DNA of 64,000 nt from Longimicrobiales bacterium (GTDB taxonomy: Bacteria; Gemmatimonadota; Gemmatimonadetes; Longimicrobiales; Gaopeijiaceae): contig CBDFIQ010000002.1 in NCBI GenBank assembly GCA_965248195.1, positions 640,001 through 704,000 on the forward strand, read 5' to 3'. Of the stretch, positions 38,411 to 49,386 are shown piece after piece. The notes under the pieces are model-generated. The model searched no databases, was not told the origin of the DNA, and worked only from the letters and a program-made list of their open reading frames with translations. Positions within the stretch are counted from its first letter, which is position 1. Each line of letters starts with the position of its first letter. Both the position numbers and the translations under genes were made by a program.

Positions 38411-39367
38411 TCAGGTGGTCGATGCGCCCGACCGTGTCTCATCGGCGGACCAGAGCCAGGCCGCCCCTCGGACGCCGCTCGAATCGCCGTGTTTATTCCG
38501 CAGGACCCGCGTGGTGAGTTGATCGGTGAGGACGTACGGAGACAGGGCTGTCTGCACGTCCTCGGGTAGCGCTGGGGAATTCGACATGCCCCCGCCTAGA
38601 ACCACGATCTCTGGGTCGACCACGTTAATGACGGCGGCAAGCCCCCGAGCCAGCCGGTCCACGTAGCGGCCATATGAGGCTGAGGCATCGTCGTCATCCC
38701 CGGCGGCTTTAGCCACGATCTCGTGAGTCGAGAGCCGCTGTCCCGTGACCGCTTCGTGATCCCGCACCATGCCGGGTCCGGACACGTAGGTCTCCATGCA
38801 ACCGTTCCGTCCGCAGTAGCAGTCCGGCCCCGGCCACTCCCCATCTCTTGGCCAGGGGAGTGAATTGTGGCCCCACTCTCCTCCGATACCCTGGTGTCCC
38901 TCCAAAACGTGGCCCTCGACCACGATGCCCGCGCCGACTCCGGTCCCAAGGATGACGCCAAACACCACGGACGCCCCCATGCCCGCACCGTCGGTGGCCT
39001 CGGAGAGCGCGAAACAGTTCGCATCATTCATCACGCGGATCGGCCTCCCCGTGTTCGCTTCGAGGTCCTTGTCGAACGCGTGGCCGTTCAGCCATGTAGA
39101 GTTCGAGTTTTTCACGACACGCGTTGCGGGCGAGAGGGTTCCGGGGATGCCCACGCCGACCGAGCCGCGCCCCGCGTTGCCGGTCGCAGCGGTCGCCGCC
39201 GCCTCGAGGAACCCTATGAGCCCCTCGATCGCTAGGAGCGTCTGTTGGTAGTCCTTTGGCGTTTTGATCCGCCGACGCGCGACCTCGGCTCCATCCCGGC
39301 TCAATGCCAAGCCCTCGATTTTAGTGCCACCGAGGTCGATTCCGATACGAAATATTGCGCCTTCCAT
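38411..39367 (-). CDS. ROK family sugar kinase (Mak/fructokinase-like)
   Basis: IGIDLGGTKIE, NDANCFALSEA, GEWGH, CYCG..GC.E, HGDSSGVRGAAWL. Confidence 0.92.
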   Translation of the reverse strand: MEGAIFRIGIDLGGTKIEGLALSRDGAEVARRRIKTPKDYQQTLLAIEGLIGFLEAAATAATGNAGRGSVGVGIPGTLSPATRVVKNSNSTWLNGHAFDKDLEANTGRPIRVMNDANCFALSEATDGAGMGASVVFGVILGTGVGAGIVVEGHVLEGHQGIGGEWGHNSLPWPRDGEWPGPDCYCGRNGCMETYVSGPGMVRDHEAVTGQRLSTHEIVAKAAGDDDDASASYGRYVDRLARGLAAVINVVDPEIVVLGGGMSNSPALPEDVQTALSPYVLTDQLTTRVLRNKHGDSSGVRGAAWLWSADETRSGASTT

Positions 39368-39466
39368 GGCGCAATATTTGCTCGGCGGGTGGGCGATGTC
39401 CAATCGTAGAGCCGTCCCAGCGCTGGTGGAGACGGGCGAGCGGCTGGCACCTGCTTCCACCGTCGG

Positions 39467-39826
39467 TCAGACCCCGGAAGCGCCCTCCCCTTCCGACGAC
39501 GCGTCCGCGTCGGGGCCAACGTCTCGCTGCGCTGGGAAAGACTGGGGCGGAGGAGGGGATTCGGGTGGCCTGGGAACGGAGAGAGCTCCGCCCAAAAGTT
39601 GCTCCGTGAAGTCGAGCCGGGCGTCCACCGAGTGGAGTCGAACGGCGAGGTCGGCGACATCCGCCCTCATGGCCTCGATGTCCCGGGAATCCCCAAGTCG
39701 TAAACGCCCTTGTGAGGGTGGCGAAATCCTCCCCACGACCCACTGGCAAAGAAGGATACCGGCAGCCCCCATCGCCCCGCCGCTCACGAAAATGGCGAGC
39801 GCACCGATGATGATCTCCGGTTCCAT
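39467..39826 (-). CDS. Small single-TM protein with coiled coil
   Basis: N-terminal TM; VDARLDFTEQLL. Confidence 0.65.
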   Translation of the reverse strand: MEPEIIIGALAIFVSGGAMGAAGILLCQWVVGRISPPSQGRLRLGDSRDIEAMRADVADLAVRLHSVDARLDFTEQLLGGALSVPRPPESPPPPQSFPAQRDVGPDADASSEGEGASGV

Positions 39827-40011
39827 GCAGACGCTACCTGGTGGGATGGAACCGGCCACCGAGATGGCCGGCGTGATTTCGGCGGAGAGGGGTGTAACCC
39901 CCCCCTCCCCGTTCAAGACGAAGATTCCTCACTTCGGGTTTCGCGGTCCAGCAAATATGTATGGTGCTTCAGAAATGTTTCGGGCGAGGGCCCTTCCACG
40001 CTCAATGGCCG

Positions 40012-40917
40012 TCACGGTTCGATCACGGTTCCGGCCTCACCCGCCAACATCTCTGTGATGTCTTCGAGTGCGCCGATCGTTGCCCTCTGCCCCGTCTTCT
40101 CCACAAATGTACAAGCCGCCTCGACCTTAGGTCCCATCGAGCCGGTGGGGAAGTCCTGATGGCGCAAATCGCTTGGAGACGCGTTTACGATCGGGCGCTC
40201 CTCGGGCGTACCCCAGTCGTGATAGACCGCATCGACGTCGGTTGCCAGGATCAGGCGGTCGGCTCCGATCTCCTCAGCCAGGAGCGCACTAGCCCGGTCC
40301 TTGTCGATCACCGCCTCCACTCCATGCAGTTTTCGTTGATCGTCATAGGCCGTGGGAATTCCTCCTCCTCCAGAGCAGATGACGATGACGTTGTGCTCCA
40401 GGAGCCAACGCACCGGCCGAACCTCGAACACACGTTTGGGAAGCGGTGACGGCACGACCCGCCGCCAGCCGTCGCCGTCGGGTGCGACGGACCAACCGTG
40501 GTCCGTCGCAAGTGTGCGTGCTTCATCCTCTGTGTATACCGGGCCGATGGGCTTGGTCGGATTCTGGAATGCGGGGTCGTTGCGTTCCACCTCCACCATC
40601 GTGAGTATGGTCGCGAGAGGCCGCTCGACCGGAAGAAGATTGCCCAGCTCTTGCTCGATCATGTACCCGATCATCCCCTCGCTCTCCGCACCGAGGACAT
40701 CGAGGGGGTAGGGGCGCACGTCTTCGTAGGCCGCGGCCTGCAGCGCCAGGAGACCCACTTGGGGCCCGTTTCCGTGCGTGATCACGAGCTCGTGGGCGTT
40801 TGCGACGGGCGCCAGCGCCTCGGCCGCGATCCGGACGTTCTTGCGTTGTACCGCCGCGGTGGGCTGTTCGCCCCTACGCAGAAGTGCATTCCCCCCGAGC
40901 GCTACGACGATGCGCAT
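40012..40917 (-). CDS. arcC: Carbamate kinase
   Basis: [38 protein letters not shown]. Confidence 0.96.
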   Translation of the reverse strand: MRIVVALGGNALLRRGEQPTAAVQRKNVRIAAEALAPVANAHELVITHGNGPQVGLLALQAAAYEDVRPYPLDVLGAESEGMIGYMIEQELGNLLPVERPLATILTMVEVERNDPAFQNPTKPIGPVYTEDEARTLATDHGWSVAPDGDGWRRVVPSPLPKRVFEVRPVRWLLEHNVIVICSGGGGIPTAYDDQRKLHGVEAVIDKDRASALLAEEIGADRLILATDVDAVYHDWGTPEERPIVNASPSDLRHQDFPTGSMGPKVEAACTFVEKTGQRATIGALEDITEMLAGEAGTVIEP

Positions 40918-40926
40918 TGAGGCAGA

Positions 40927-41931
40927 TCAGCCCCCGAGCGTGGCCACCAGCACCGCCTTGATGGTGTGCACCCGGTTCTCCGCTTGGTCGAACACGATCG
41001 ATTGTTCGGATTCGAATACCTCGTCGGTCACTTCCATTCCGTCCAGCCCGAACTTCTCGAACATTTCCTCTCCTATGCGCGTCTCCCTGTCGTGGAATGC
41101 GGGCAGGCAGTGGAGAAATCTTGCCGGCGGTTCCCCGGTCATGGCCATCACATCCGAGTTGACTTGGTATGGGCTCAGTAGGTCGATCCGCTCCGCCCAC
41201 TTCGCTTCGGGCTCACCCATCGACACCCACACGTCCGTGTGGAGGAAGTCCGCGTCCCGGACGCCCTCCTCTACACTTTCCGTCAGGGTAAGTGATCCGC
41301 CGGTGGTGTTCATGATTTCCCGGCACCGTCCGACGAGGTCCGCCTCGGGCCAGCACCCCTCGGGAGCCGCCAGCCGGACATCCATGCCCATCTTGGCCCC
41401 CCCGACCATCAGCGAGTTACCCATGTTGTTCCGGGCGTCGCCCAGATAGCAGAACGAGACCTCAGAAAGCGGCTTTTGGCTGTGCTCCTCCATCGTGAGC
41501 AGGTCGGCCAGCACCTGAGTGGGGTGGAACTCGTCCGTCAGGCCATTCCAGATCGGCACGCCCGCGAAACTGTCCAACTCCTCGACGATCTTCTGGCTGA
41601 ATCCCCGGTATTGGATCCCATCGTACATTCTGCCTAGCACCCGCGCCGTATCCTTGATCGATTCCTTGTGCCCAATCTGGGATCCGCTACTCGGCCCCAG
41701 GTAGGTAACGCGGCCGCCCTGATCGAAGGACGCCACCTCGAAGGCGCAGCGTGTCCGGGTGGAGGTCTTCTCGAAGATCAGCGCAATGTTCTTACCGGAC
41801 AAACGCGGGCGCTCCCGACCCTCGGCCTTTTCGCACTTCAGCGTGGCCGCCAAGTCCAAGAGGTACCGGATCTCCTCCGGTGTGAAGTCTTCGAGCTTGA
41901 GAAAGCTCCGCCGCCCGAGATCCACCGTCAT
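40927..41931 (-). CDS. arcB: Ornithine carbamoyltransferase (catabolic, by context)
   Basis: STRTR, HPTQ, DVWVSMG, HCLP. Confidence 0.95.
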   Translation of the reverse strand: MTVDLGRRSFLKLEDFTPEEIRYLLDLAATLKCEKAEGRERPRLSGKNIALIFEKTSTRTRCAFEVASFDQGGRVTYLGPSSGSQIGHKESIKDTARVLGRMYDGIQYRGFSQKIVEELDSFAGVPIWNGLTDEFHPTQVLADLLTMEEHSQKPLSEVSFCYLGDARNNMGNSLMVGGAKMGMDVRLAAPEGCWPEADLVGRCREIMNTTGGSLTLTESVEEGVRDADFLHTDVWVSMGEPEAKWAERIDLLSPYQVNSDVMAMTGEPPARFLHCLPAFHDRETRIGEEMFEKFGLDGMEVTDEVFESEQSIVFDQAENRVHTIKAVLVATLGG

Positions 41932-41959
41932 GCACTGCCTCCTACGTTCGAGTTCCCTT

Positions 41960-43279
41960 CTACACGGGGTCCCTCAGAAGGGGGCAGGTCATGCAATGTC
42001 CTCCGCCCCGTCCACGGCCCAACTCGGACCCGTCGATCGTGATCACCTCGATACCCGCCTTTCGCAATTTGGTGTTCGTGTACTCGTTCTTCGAGTACGC
42101 CAGGACTACACCGGGCTCGACGGCCAGTACGTTGTTCCCGTCGTCCCACTGCTCACGTTGCGCCTGGAACTCATCACCTCCTGTTCCGATGACCCTCAAC
42201 TGCTTCACTTTCAAGGCGTCCTTGAGCGCGTCGAGGAAGCTCTTCTCCTGAGTGATGTCCATCCCGCCCCTGGCACGGTCCGAGGGGCGAACGCTGTAGG
42301 CCACAATCCGGTCCACGACCTGCGGGTAGACGGTCACGGCATCCACGTCCAACATCGTGATCACGGTGTCGAGGTGCATATGCGCTCGGTCTCGGCCAAT
42401 GTCGCACGCGATCACTCGTTCTACGGCACCCCCCTCGAAGAGCGTTTTAGCGAAGAGCTCGACCATCCGTGCCGTCGTCCGCTCACTGATGCCCAGCAAC
42501 ACGGTACCGTTTCCGATCGGCATGACGTCCCCGCCCTCCAGGGAGGCCCTTCCGAAGTCCTCGAGGGGTGCATCCCCGCCCCTCTTATCATTGGAGTACC
42601 AGATTTCGAAATCCGCACGTTTGAACAGCGGATGATTCTGGTAGATGAGTTCCACGTTTACCGTCTCCAACCGTCTCACCGGAAAGTACATCGGATTCAG
42701 GGTCACTCCGTTGTAAATCCACGACGACGAGTCCCTCGTGAAGAGAGAATTGGGAAGCGGCGGAAGAACGAAGGATGTTTCGGGGCCGGAACGCGCCATC
42801 AGCGAACCGCTGAGATCGATGCCCTCCATCTCGCCCCTTTCGAGTCCTCCGATCAAGTGAGTCGCGAGGTCGTCTGGGCTCATCTCCAGGAGGTAAGCCC
42901 GAATCTCATCACGCAGCGAGGCCCCCACCGTCCGTTCCGTGACGACGTGCTTCACGATCTCCTGTCGCGCCTCTTCGCTCGAGGTGAGCGTTTCCGAAAG
43001 GAGGTCACGGAGCAGGTAGACTTCGATACCCCGGTCCCGGAGATGGTCGACGAAAACGTCGTGCTGCTCCCGCGCCCGCCGCACCCACAGCACGTCGTCG
43101 AAGAGCAGTTCCCGGACGTTCGAAGGGGTGAGCCGCTGAAGGCTCAGGTCGGGCCGGTGGACCAGCACTTTTCTCAGCCGCCCGACCTCCGAGCCGACGT
43201 AGAATGCGGGGGCTTCAACGGGGCTGGCCAGGGTCAACGTTTCGGAGCCGCTCATACGTACTGGGGTGTCCCCTGTCAT
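41960..43279 (-). CDS. arcA: Arginine deiminase
   Basis: [38 protein letters not shown]. Confidence 0.96.
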   Translation of the reverse strand: MTGDTPVRMSGSETLTLASPVEAPAFYVGSEVGRLRKVLVHRPDLSLQRLTPSNVRELLFDDVLWVRRAREQHDVFVDHLRDRGIEVYLLRDLLSETLTSSEEARQEIVKHVVTERTVGASLRDEIRAYLLEMSPDDLATHLIGGLERGEMEGIDLSGSLMARSGPETSFVLPPLPNSLFTRDSSSWIYNGVTLNPMYFPVRRLETVNVELIYQNHPLFKRADFEIWYSNDKRGGDAPLEDFGRASLEGGDVMPIGNGTVLLGISERTTARMVELFAKTLFEGGAVERVIACDIGRDRAHMHLDTVITMLDVDAVTVYPQVVDRIVAYSVRPSDRARGGMDITQEKSFLDALKDALKVKQLRVIGTGGDEFQAQREQWDDGNNVLAVEPGVVLAYSKNEYTNTKLRKAGIEVITIDGSELGRGRGGGHCMTCPLLRDPV

Positions 43280-43363
43280 GGATAGGGTGCAGGCGACGGC
43301 GCGAAGGGCCGCGCCCCGTTTAAACGCAACCCGTAATTATATCAATTCTCGGCGAGGCGGCAC

Positions 43364-43837
43364 TCAGGGCGTGGCCGAACCGCTTCTCGAGCCTGAGGCG
43401 TCGTGCCCATCCGCCCCTGCCAACTCCTCCTTGATCGCCGCCACCAAGACGCCGAACTGGGCGGGTTTCTTGAGGTATCGGCGGACACCGTACTCCTCTG
43501 CCAGCCGGGCGTGCTCCGGGTCGGTCGACGCCGTGAACACGATAACGGGAATGTCCTTTAGCCTTTTGCGTCTCGCCATCCATCGCAGGACGTCGAAGCC
43601 GCTCCCATCCGGTAGCGACAGATCCAGCACGATCAAGTCGGGGACGGGGTTGTTTCGGCTGTCATCCTCGTAGACGGACCACTCCCCGCGGAGATGCCTG
43701 CGAGCCCCCTGGCCTCGGAGGGCCACCTGAACGCGGGCCCCCTTGAGGCCCTGGGAGATCACCGCCTCGATCAAGCCGACGTGATCGGGATTGTCCTCGA
43801 CAACGAGGATGGTCGTATTTGTACACACCTTTTGCAT
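43364..43837 (-). CDS. Single-domain response regulator (receiver)
   Basis: ILVVEDN, PDLIVLDL.LP..SG, IPVIVFT, YLKKP. Confidence 0.9.
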   Translation of the reverse strand: MQKVCTNTTILVVEDNPDHVGLIEAVISQGLKGARVQVALRGQGARRHLRGEWSVYEDDSRNNPVPDLIVLDLSLPDGSGFDVLRWMARRKRLKDIPVIVFTASTDPEHARLAEEYGVRRYLKKPAQFGVLVAAIKEELAGADGHDASGSRSGSATP

Positions 43838-43963
43838 CCCCGAATCAAAAGGGGGGGCCGCCTCCCGGGAGCGCGCGCGCCATCCTCGTGCGCAGCATCT
43901 GCGGGTCTCTTAAGTATACCGGTTGGTCTGGCGGGGGCCCTAGTGTTTTTTTCCCGGTCGTCC

Positions 43964-44611
43964 TCAAGGCCCATCGGCGCTGAAAGATGTGAGGAGTTTG
44001 CCGGCCCAAGCGATTTCCTCCCCGTTGATCGTGTGCCCCATACGGGGATAGATCCGTTCGTCGACCTCGCCCCCGAGATTATGAAAAACCTGTGCGGATT
44101 CATGAACGCGTCCCACCGGGATGTGTACGTCGACGTCACTGCAGCCCAGGAAGACCGGCGTGCCCTCCAGGGACCCCGGGTAGTCACGCGGCGTGACGTC
44201 AGGCCCGATAAGCCCACCTGAAAACGCTACCACGCCCCCATACCGTCGTGTATTCCGAGCTGCGAACTCGAGGGCCAGGCACGCTCCCTGAGAGAAGCCC
44301 ATGAGCACGACTCTCTCCTGTGGAATCACCGTGGCGACGGCGGTGACGGCTGCCTCGACCCGGTCGAGAGCCGACGAGAGCCAGGGCTCATTCAGTTCGA
44401 CCTCGCTCAGAAAGCTGTGCGGATACCACGAAAAGTTGGTCGCTTGGGGAGCGAGAAAGGCCGTGCGCGGCGCTTGGAGCTCGGGCGCCAAGGCAAGAAT
44501 ACCCCGCGCGCTGTCGCCTCGGCCGTGGATCAGGACGACGGCACTCTCGGCCTCTTCAAGCCCGGGACCGAACCAAACGTCCTCACTCCCTCGGTGAGGA
44601 TCGTCTTTCAT
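43964..44611 (-). CDS. Phospholipase/carboxylesterase (alpha/beta hydrolase)
   Basis: IHGRG, WYP, GFSQGA, D.HIP, MGH. Confidence 0.9.
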   Translation of the reverse strand: MKDDPHRGSEDVWFGPGLEEAESAVVLIHGRGDSARGILALAPELQAPRTAFLAPQATNFSWYPHSFLSEVELNEPWLSSALDRVEAAVTAVATVIPQERVVLMGFSQGACLALEFAARNTRRYGGVVAFSGGLIGPDVTPRDYPGSLEGTPVFLGCSDVDVHIPVGRVHESAQVFHNLGGEVDERIYPRMGHTINGEEIAWAGKLLTSFSADGP

Positions 44612-45618
44612 CGACGCTCGTCGGGAAGGATGAGCCTCGGAAGCCGTGCCTCCAATTCATCCCGGCGGGCTTCGAACCATGGCGGAAGCTTGAGGCTCCG
44701 GCCGAGCTCCTCGAGGGATTCGTCGATTCCGAACCCTGGCGTATCGGTCGCGATCTCGAAGAGGACGCCACCGGGCTCCCGGAAATAGATGGACCGGAAG
44801 TAGCACCGGTCCTGGACCGTCGTCACCGGGATACCCGCGCCGGCGATGATCTCCCTCCAGGTCTGTTGCTCATCGTCGTCCCGGGCACGGAAGGCCACAT
44901 GGTGAACGCTCCCTCGTCCCATGAGGGCCGGCGCCTCCGACCCGGCTGAGCGAAGGTCCACGATCGAGCCGACCTCCTCCTCATTACCCTTGAAGCGGAT
45001 TCGTCCGTCACGCTCGCCAAGGTGCTCGAAGCCCATGACGTCGGTGAGGAGCCTCGCCGTTGGTTCCGGGTCGACCACATCGAGAAGCACGCCGTGGAAG
45101 GCGCGTATGGCGAACTCGGCAGGAACGTCGGGATGCACGGGCCGGCCGGCCGGTGTCTCGCGTGTGGCGGGCCCCGCCACGAGTTCGAGGACCAAACCAT
45201 CGGGATCCTCGCAGCGCAGCGACTCCTCGTCGAACCGTGTGGCCACCTCCCGTGGTAACGCACGTCCGGCTGTGAGGCGGTCGGCCCAGAACTCGAGCGA
45301 CCCGGGGCGAACCGAAAAGCCGGTCACCTCGGTAGTGCCCGATCCGGGCCCACCGCGGGCAGCGTGTTCCCAAGGGAAGAACGTCATGGCGGTGCCCGGC
45401 GTCCCGGCACGGTCGCCGTAGTAGAGGTGGTGCGTTCTGGGATCGTCGAAATTCACGGTCTGTTTGACCGTGCGGAGCCCGAGGAGGCCCGCGTAGAAAT
45501 CCACGTTCCGCTGCGCAGGCCCCGAAATCGCGGTGACGTGATGGATGCCTGGAACGCGCGGAGCTTCCGTTTTGGCATCGGCGGCGAGGGCCGTCAGGGT
45601 ACCTTTGGTCCGTCTCAT
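44608..45618 (-). CDS. Ring-cleaving dioxygenase (VOC, MhqA/MhqO-like)
   Basis: GIHHVTAI, TVNFDDP..HLYY, VHHVAFR, YFRSIYFREPGGVLFEIATD. Confidence 0.92.
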   Translation of the reverse strand: MRRTKGTLTALAADAKTEAPRVPGIHHVTAISGPAQRNVDFYAGLLGLRTVKQTVNFDDPRTHHLYYGDRAGTPGTAMTFFPWEHAARGGPGSGTTEVTGFSVRPGSLEFWADRLTAGRALPREVATRFDEESLRCEDPDGLVLELVAGPATRETPAGRPVHPDVPAEFAIRAFHGVLLDVVDPEPTARLLTDVMGFEHLGERDGRIRFKGNEEEVGSIVDLRSAGSEAPALMGRGSVHHVAFRARDDDEQQTWREIIAGAGIPVTTVQDRCYFRSIYFREPGGVLFEIATDTPGFGIDESLEELGRSLKLPPWFEARRDELEARLPRLILPDERR

Positions 45619-45763
45619 GGTCGTCTCACTTGCCTGTGGGCGTATCAGCCTACACACTCGACAGTGAGGTTGCGTTGCGAAACTCGGCCCGGTGCGCGTG
45701 TGGGTTCAGCACAGTAATCAAAGTGCATGAAACAAGCGATGCGTGCCCTTCGTAAAGGCTACT

Positions 45764-45979
45764 ATGACGAAATATCTCGCTCCTGTAGCGTTTACGGGAA
45801 TCGCCGGCCTCATCCTGTGGAAGATTCTTCAGATTCTCCTGGCCCCGGTGATCGCCTGGATCCTTGGAATTCTGGCGATCGGGCTCAAGATCGGACTCGT
45901 GGTGGTGTTGGCATGCGTCACGATCTATGGTATACGACGAGTGATGCGGACTCGCGCCGAGAGTGAGGCCCAGGAGTAA
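45764..45979 (+). CDS. Small membrane protein
   Basis: Two hydrophobic helices in 71 aa. Confidence 0.6.
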   Translation: MTKYLAPVAFTGIAGLILWKILQILLAPVIAWILGILAIGLKIGLVVVLACVTIYGIRRVMRTRAESEAQE

Positions 45980-46111
45980 GGGCCGTTTCCCCAGTGCTTC
46001 CGTGCGGGGTCTTTCCTTGATATACCCGCACTCGCTATATCCCACCGGTAGGCTTGATACCCGGTCGGTACCTGCCGGGGACTCAGCTCTCAGGCATCAC
46101 AGGAGATCGAG

Positions 46112-47281
46112 ATGGTCCGGACACCCGTGAGAGTCTTCATCGCCCTAGGGCTTCTTCTTTCCGTCGTAACGCCCGTTCTGGGCCAGGCGCCGGTCGTTCG
46201 GTCCGCCAACCACGACTATCGGGTCGTCAAGATAGCCGACGGCCTGATCACCCCCTGGTCCATGGCGTTCCTCCCCGGGGGCGACATGCTGATCACGGAG
46301 AGGCCCGGCCGGCTCCGTCTCGTCCGAAACGGAGTCCTGCGCATGGCGCCCATCGAGGGAGTCCCGGAGGTTCTGGCCCAGGGTCAGGGTGGCCTTTTCG
46401 ATGTGGTCCTTCATCCGGACTTCGAGTCGAATCGACTGGTCTACCTGAGCTATGCCAAGCCGATCGGCGACGGCTCCGCGGCGACCACGGCAGTCGCGCG
46501 GGGGCGTTTCGAGAATGACCGACTCATGGATGTCGAAGACATCTTCGTGGCGGAGACCCGGGGTCGTCCTGGCCACTACGGAGGGCGGCTCGCGTTCGAT
46601 AAAGAGGGGTACCTCTTCGTGACGGTCGGAGAACGTCAGGCGCCTTCATCCGGTGACCTGGAGGCCCACCCCGCACAGGACATCTCGAACCACCACGGCA
46701 CCGTCAATCGCCTCCACGACGACGGGACCGTGCCCACCGACAATCCGTTCGTCGGTGAAAGCAATGTACTTCCCGAAATCTGGAGCTACGGACACCGCAA
46801 CCCCCAAGGCCTGGCCATCCACCCGGAGACCGGGGACATCTGGATTACAGAACACGGACCTCAGGGTGGGGACGAGCTCAACCGGGTTCTTCCGCGACTG
46901 AACTATGGTTGGCCCGTGATCGGGTACGGTGTGAACTACCGGACCGGCTCGGCGATCCACGAAGGGACGCTCCGGAACGGGATCGAAGCCCCGACTCATT
47001 TCTGGGTGCCGTCGATCGCCACCTCCGGCCTGATGGTCTATACCGGAGACCTCTTCCCCGCTTGGAAAGGAAACATTTTCGCGGGGGGCCTGGCCGGCCA
47101 GCAAATCGCACGTCTCACGATGGACGGGCACCGTGTGGTTCGGGAGGAGACGCTACTCCACAGCATGGGCCGCGTACGTGACGTCCGACAGAGCCCGGAT
47201 GGATATATCTACGTCGCCATCGAAAGCCGAGATGGCTCGCCCACCGCCGTGGTCCGATTCGAGCCGGCGGGAGCGAGATAG
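46112..47281 (+). CDS. PQQ-dependent sugar dehydrogenase (YliI/GSDH family)
   Basis: PWSMAFLP, GQGGL.DV, HYGGRL, YGHRNPQG, EHGPQGGDELN, NYGWP. Confidence 0.93.
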   Translation: MVRTPVRVFIALGLLLSVVTPVLGQAPVVRSANHDYRVVKIADGLITPWSMAFLPGGDMLITERPGRLRLVRNGVLRMAPIEGVPEVLAQGQGGLFDVVLHPDFESNRLVYLSYAKPIGDGSAATTAVARGRFENDRLMDVEDIFVAETRGRPGHYGGRLAFDKEGYLFVTVGERQAPSSGDLEAHPAQDISNHHGTVNRLHDDGTVPTDNPFVGESNVLPEIWSYGHRNPQGLAIHPETGDIWITEHGPQGGDELNRVLPRLNYGWPVIGYGVNYRTGSAIHEGTLRNGIEAPTHFWVPSIATSGLMVYTGDLFPAWKGNIFAGGLAGQQIARLTMDGHRVVREETLLHSMGRVRDVRQSPDGYIYVAIESRDGSPTAVVRFEPAGAR

Positions 47282-47293
47282 GCCGGCCCCTGC

Positions 47294-48016
47294 TCAGTTC
47301 CGTGTTTGCCGGATCGCTTCATCGCGGTATTCGGCGCTTGCGAAAATCGCGACCTCGACCCGCCGGTTCGCCTCCTGGCCCCCTGGGGTCTCGTTCGAGG
47401 CAACGGGCTCCATCTCGCCGAGGCCCCGAATGCGGATCTGCGAGTCGGGGATTCCCCGGGTGGTCAGAAAGTCCGAAGCCGCCGAGGCTCGCCGTTCCGA
47501 GAGCGCCTGGTTGTAGGCCTCAGCCCCAGAGTTGTCGGTGTGCCCCGCCACGAGAATCTCGTAATCGTCCGAGTCCTCCGCCAGCACACTAGCCAGGTCA
47601 CCGAGGTTATTTCGCGCCTGCGCCCGCAGGGTAGACGAGTCGAAGCCGAAGAGGATGCCGGAGTCGAAAGTCACCAGGATCCCTTCTCCTATGCGCTCGA
47701 TCGTGGCGTTGTCGAGCTCCCTCTCGAGCGTCTCGGCCCGGTCGTTCATCCGACTCCCGATGATCGCGCCCGCAGCCCCTCCCACCACCGCGCCGATGAT
47801 CGCGCCCCTGGAGGTCGATCCCGCCGCGTTACCGACGACGGCGCCCACCGTGCCTCCAGCGCCCGCCCCGATCAGGGCTCCGCGTTGTGTATTGCTGAGA
47901 CTGGAACATCCGGTACCGGCAAGGGACAGTAGAGTGACCAAGGCAAGGGTGATTCCGTTGCGTCGCACTCGGACCGTCTTGTGGGACCGCTTACTCCATG
48001 GCAAAGACTTCCTCAT
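47294..48016 (-). CDS. OmpA-family lipoprotein with glycine zipper
   Basis: Lipobox-like GTGC; GA.IGA repeats; GHTD, LSERRA, NRRVE. Confidence 0.92.
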   Translation of the reverse strand: MRKSLPWSKRSHKTVRVRRNGITLALVTLLSLAGTGCSSLSNTQRGALIGAGAGGTVGAVVGNAAGSTSRGAIIGAVVGGAAGAIIGSRMNDRAETLERELDNATIERIGEGILVTFDSGILFGFDSSTLRAQARNNLGDLASVLAEDSDDYEILVAGHTDNSGAEAYNQALSERRASAASDFLTTRGIPDSQIRIRGLGEMEPVASNETPGGQEANRRVEVAIFASAEYRDEAIRQTRN

Positions 48017-48258
48017 TCTAGGACCTCCTGTGGGGCTGATGTATGTTCAAATAGGCCGGGGGACACACCTCGTTCCACTGGATCGAGTACATCGCTGTCT
48101 CCCAGCCACTAGTTTTTTAATCGTACGGCGGCACGTATTTCTGGCGTGACGCGTCATCCCCCAGTAAGGTAGAGAGTGTCCCTCCGTCTGGATTCTTCGC
48201 ATGGGATCCACGGCAAGAAACACTAACCAGGAGCTCTCCCGGGGGTGCCCCGAGGTCC

Positions 48259-48747
48259 ATGACTCTCAAGCTGCGACATGTGACCGTATTCTTTTTCGCT
48301 CTCTCTTTGGGGGCGGCAGCGATGTACATCGATATCGCCCCGTGGCTCCGGGTGTTGGTCGCTGCGTTCCTCCTGGTTCCGATCATCTACGCGGCGGATG
48401 GATTGGGGATCGCCTCATGGTTGAACGTCCTGCCGGACCGTAACGCCCGCCCTCGCAGATTCGGCGTGCTCCGGTCCGAGGTCATGCAGCTTCTCGACGT
48501 GGTTCGGCGGCTCAATTGGCTGAACGTCGATCTGGACCGAGGCGTCCGCAGTGAGGAGGCTGTAAAGGCGGAGATCGCTTCAGCAGAACGGCGGCTCGAG
48601 GAAATCCTCACTGAGATCCGCGGCGCGGCCGGGCGGTCTTCGACCGGCGAGGAATTTGATGAAGAGTGGGAGGGGGACGAAGGCTTGCGGGACCAAGTTG
48701 ACGAAGGGTGGGAGGGGGAGGAGGCCTTGGAGCCGGACCGGGGCTGA
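48259..48747 (+). CDS. Hypothetical membrane protein with acidic tail
   Basis: Two TM helices; duplicated DE.WEG.E.L tail. Confidence 0.6.
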   Translation: MTLKLRHVTVFFFALSLGAAAMYIDIAPWLRVLVAAFLLVPIIYAADGLGIASWLNVLPDRNARPRRFGVLRSEVMQLLDVVRRLNWLNVDLDRGVRSEEAVKAEIASAERRLEEILTEIRGAAGRSSTGEEFDEEWEGDEGLRDQVDEGWEGEEALEPDRG

Positions 48748-48752
48748 GTTCG

Positions 48753-49190
48753 CTACTTCGTTTCGCGTGCCCGTTTGCTGAAATGGGTCCGCGAGCGTGT
48801 GCGCCGTCTAGCCAGGATTCCCCCCAGAACGGCGTTCGGTGGCACGAGCAGGGTCATCACCCATGGATACCAGTCGGGCTGGCCCGGCGCTGGCTGGCCG
48901 CCGTTGATCAACCACGCCGTCAGCCCGAGCAACATCATGAACGCGGAGAGGGCGGCGGCGTGTCCGAGCGGGGAGTGATCCGAAACCGTCGCAGCAACAT
49001 ATCCACCGGCAATGGCGAACAGCACGCTGTAAGTCAGGTTGACGACCAAGAATGGCGTCGTCGGCTCGGCACCGGGCTCCGTGGACCCCAACATGAGTTG
49101 CGCTGCGAGGGCCGTGGCTAGCCCTACGAGAACGGCAACAACGACGAACGCGCCCACGACGGAGAGCACGCTTCGGATGATAGGCGGCAT
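48753..49190 (-). CDS. Four-TM hypothetical membrane protein
   Basis: IRSVLSVVGAF, GGYVAA, QPDWY; GGAG RBS. Confidence 0.7.
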   Translation of the reverse strand: MPPIIRSVLSVVGAFVVVAVLVGLATALAAQLMLGSTEPGAEPTTPFLVVNLTYSVLFAIAGGYVAATVSDHSPLGHAAALSAFMMLLGLTAWLINGGQPAPGQPDWYPWVMTLLVPPNAVLGGILARRRTRSRTHFSKRARETK

Positions 49191-49386
49191 CAAACTCCGT
49201 TCGGTCGGTAGAGCCGTGAGAGTAGGGAAAGCCCTCAACAAACGAAAGTGTAGTTCGACGTCCACCATGGACCTCGATTTCTTTCGGGCCTATTCTTCCG
49301 CTGCCGCCACCGAAGTCCATGCTGCGGGCCGGGGCGGTGGCCCTGGGAATTTTCTGACCCGGTGCCCCTCCAACACGGGACATGGA

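Noticed and set aside
41759..43285. Long antisense ORFs (also 13655-15112, 1752-2879, 33311-34453)
   Set aside because: They are shadows of well-supported genes in GC-rich DNA and show no recognisable motifs.
43330..43347. FNR/Anr box upstream of arcA
   Set aside because: Only one half-site (TTGAT on the minus strand) matches; the other half does not.
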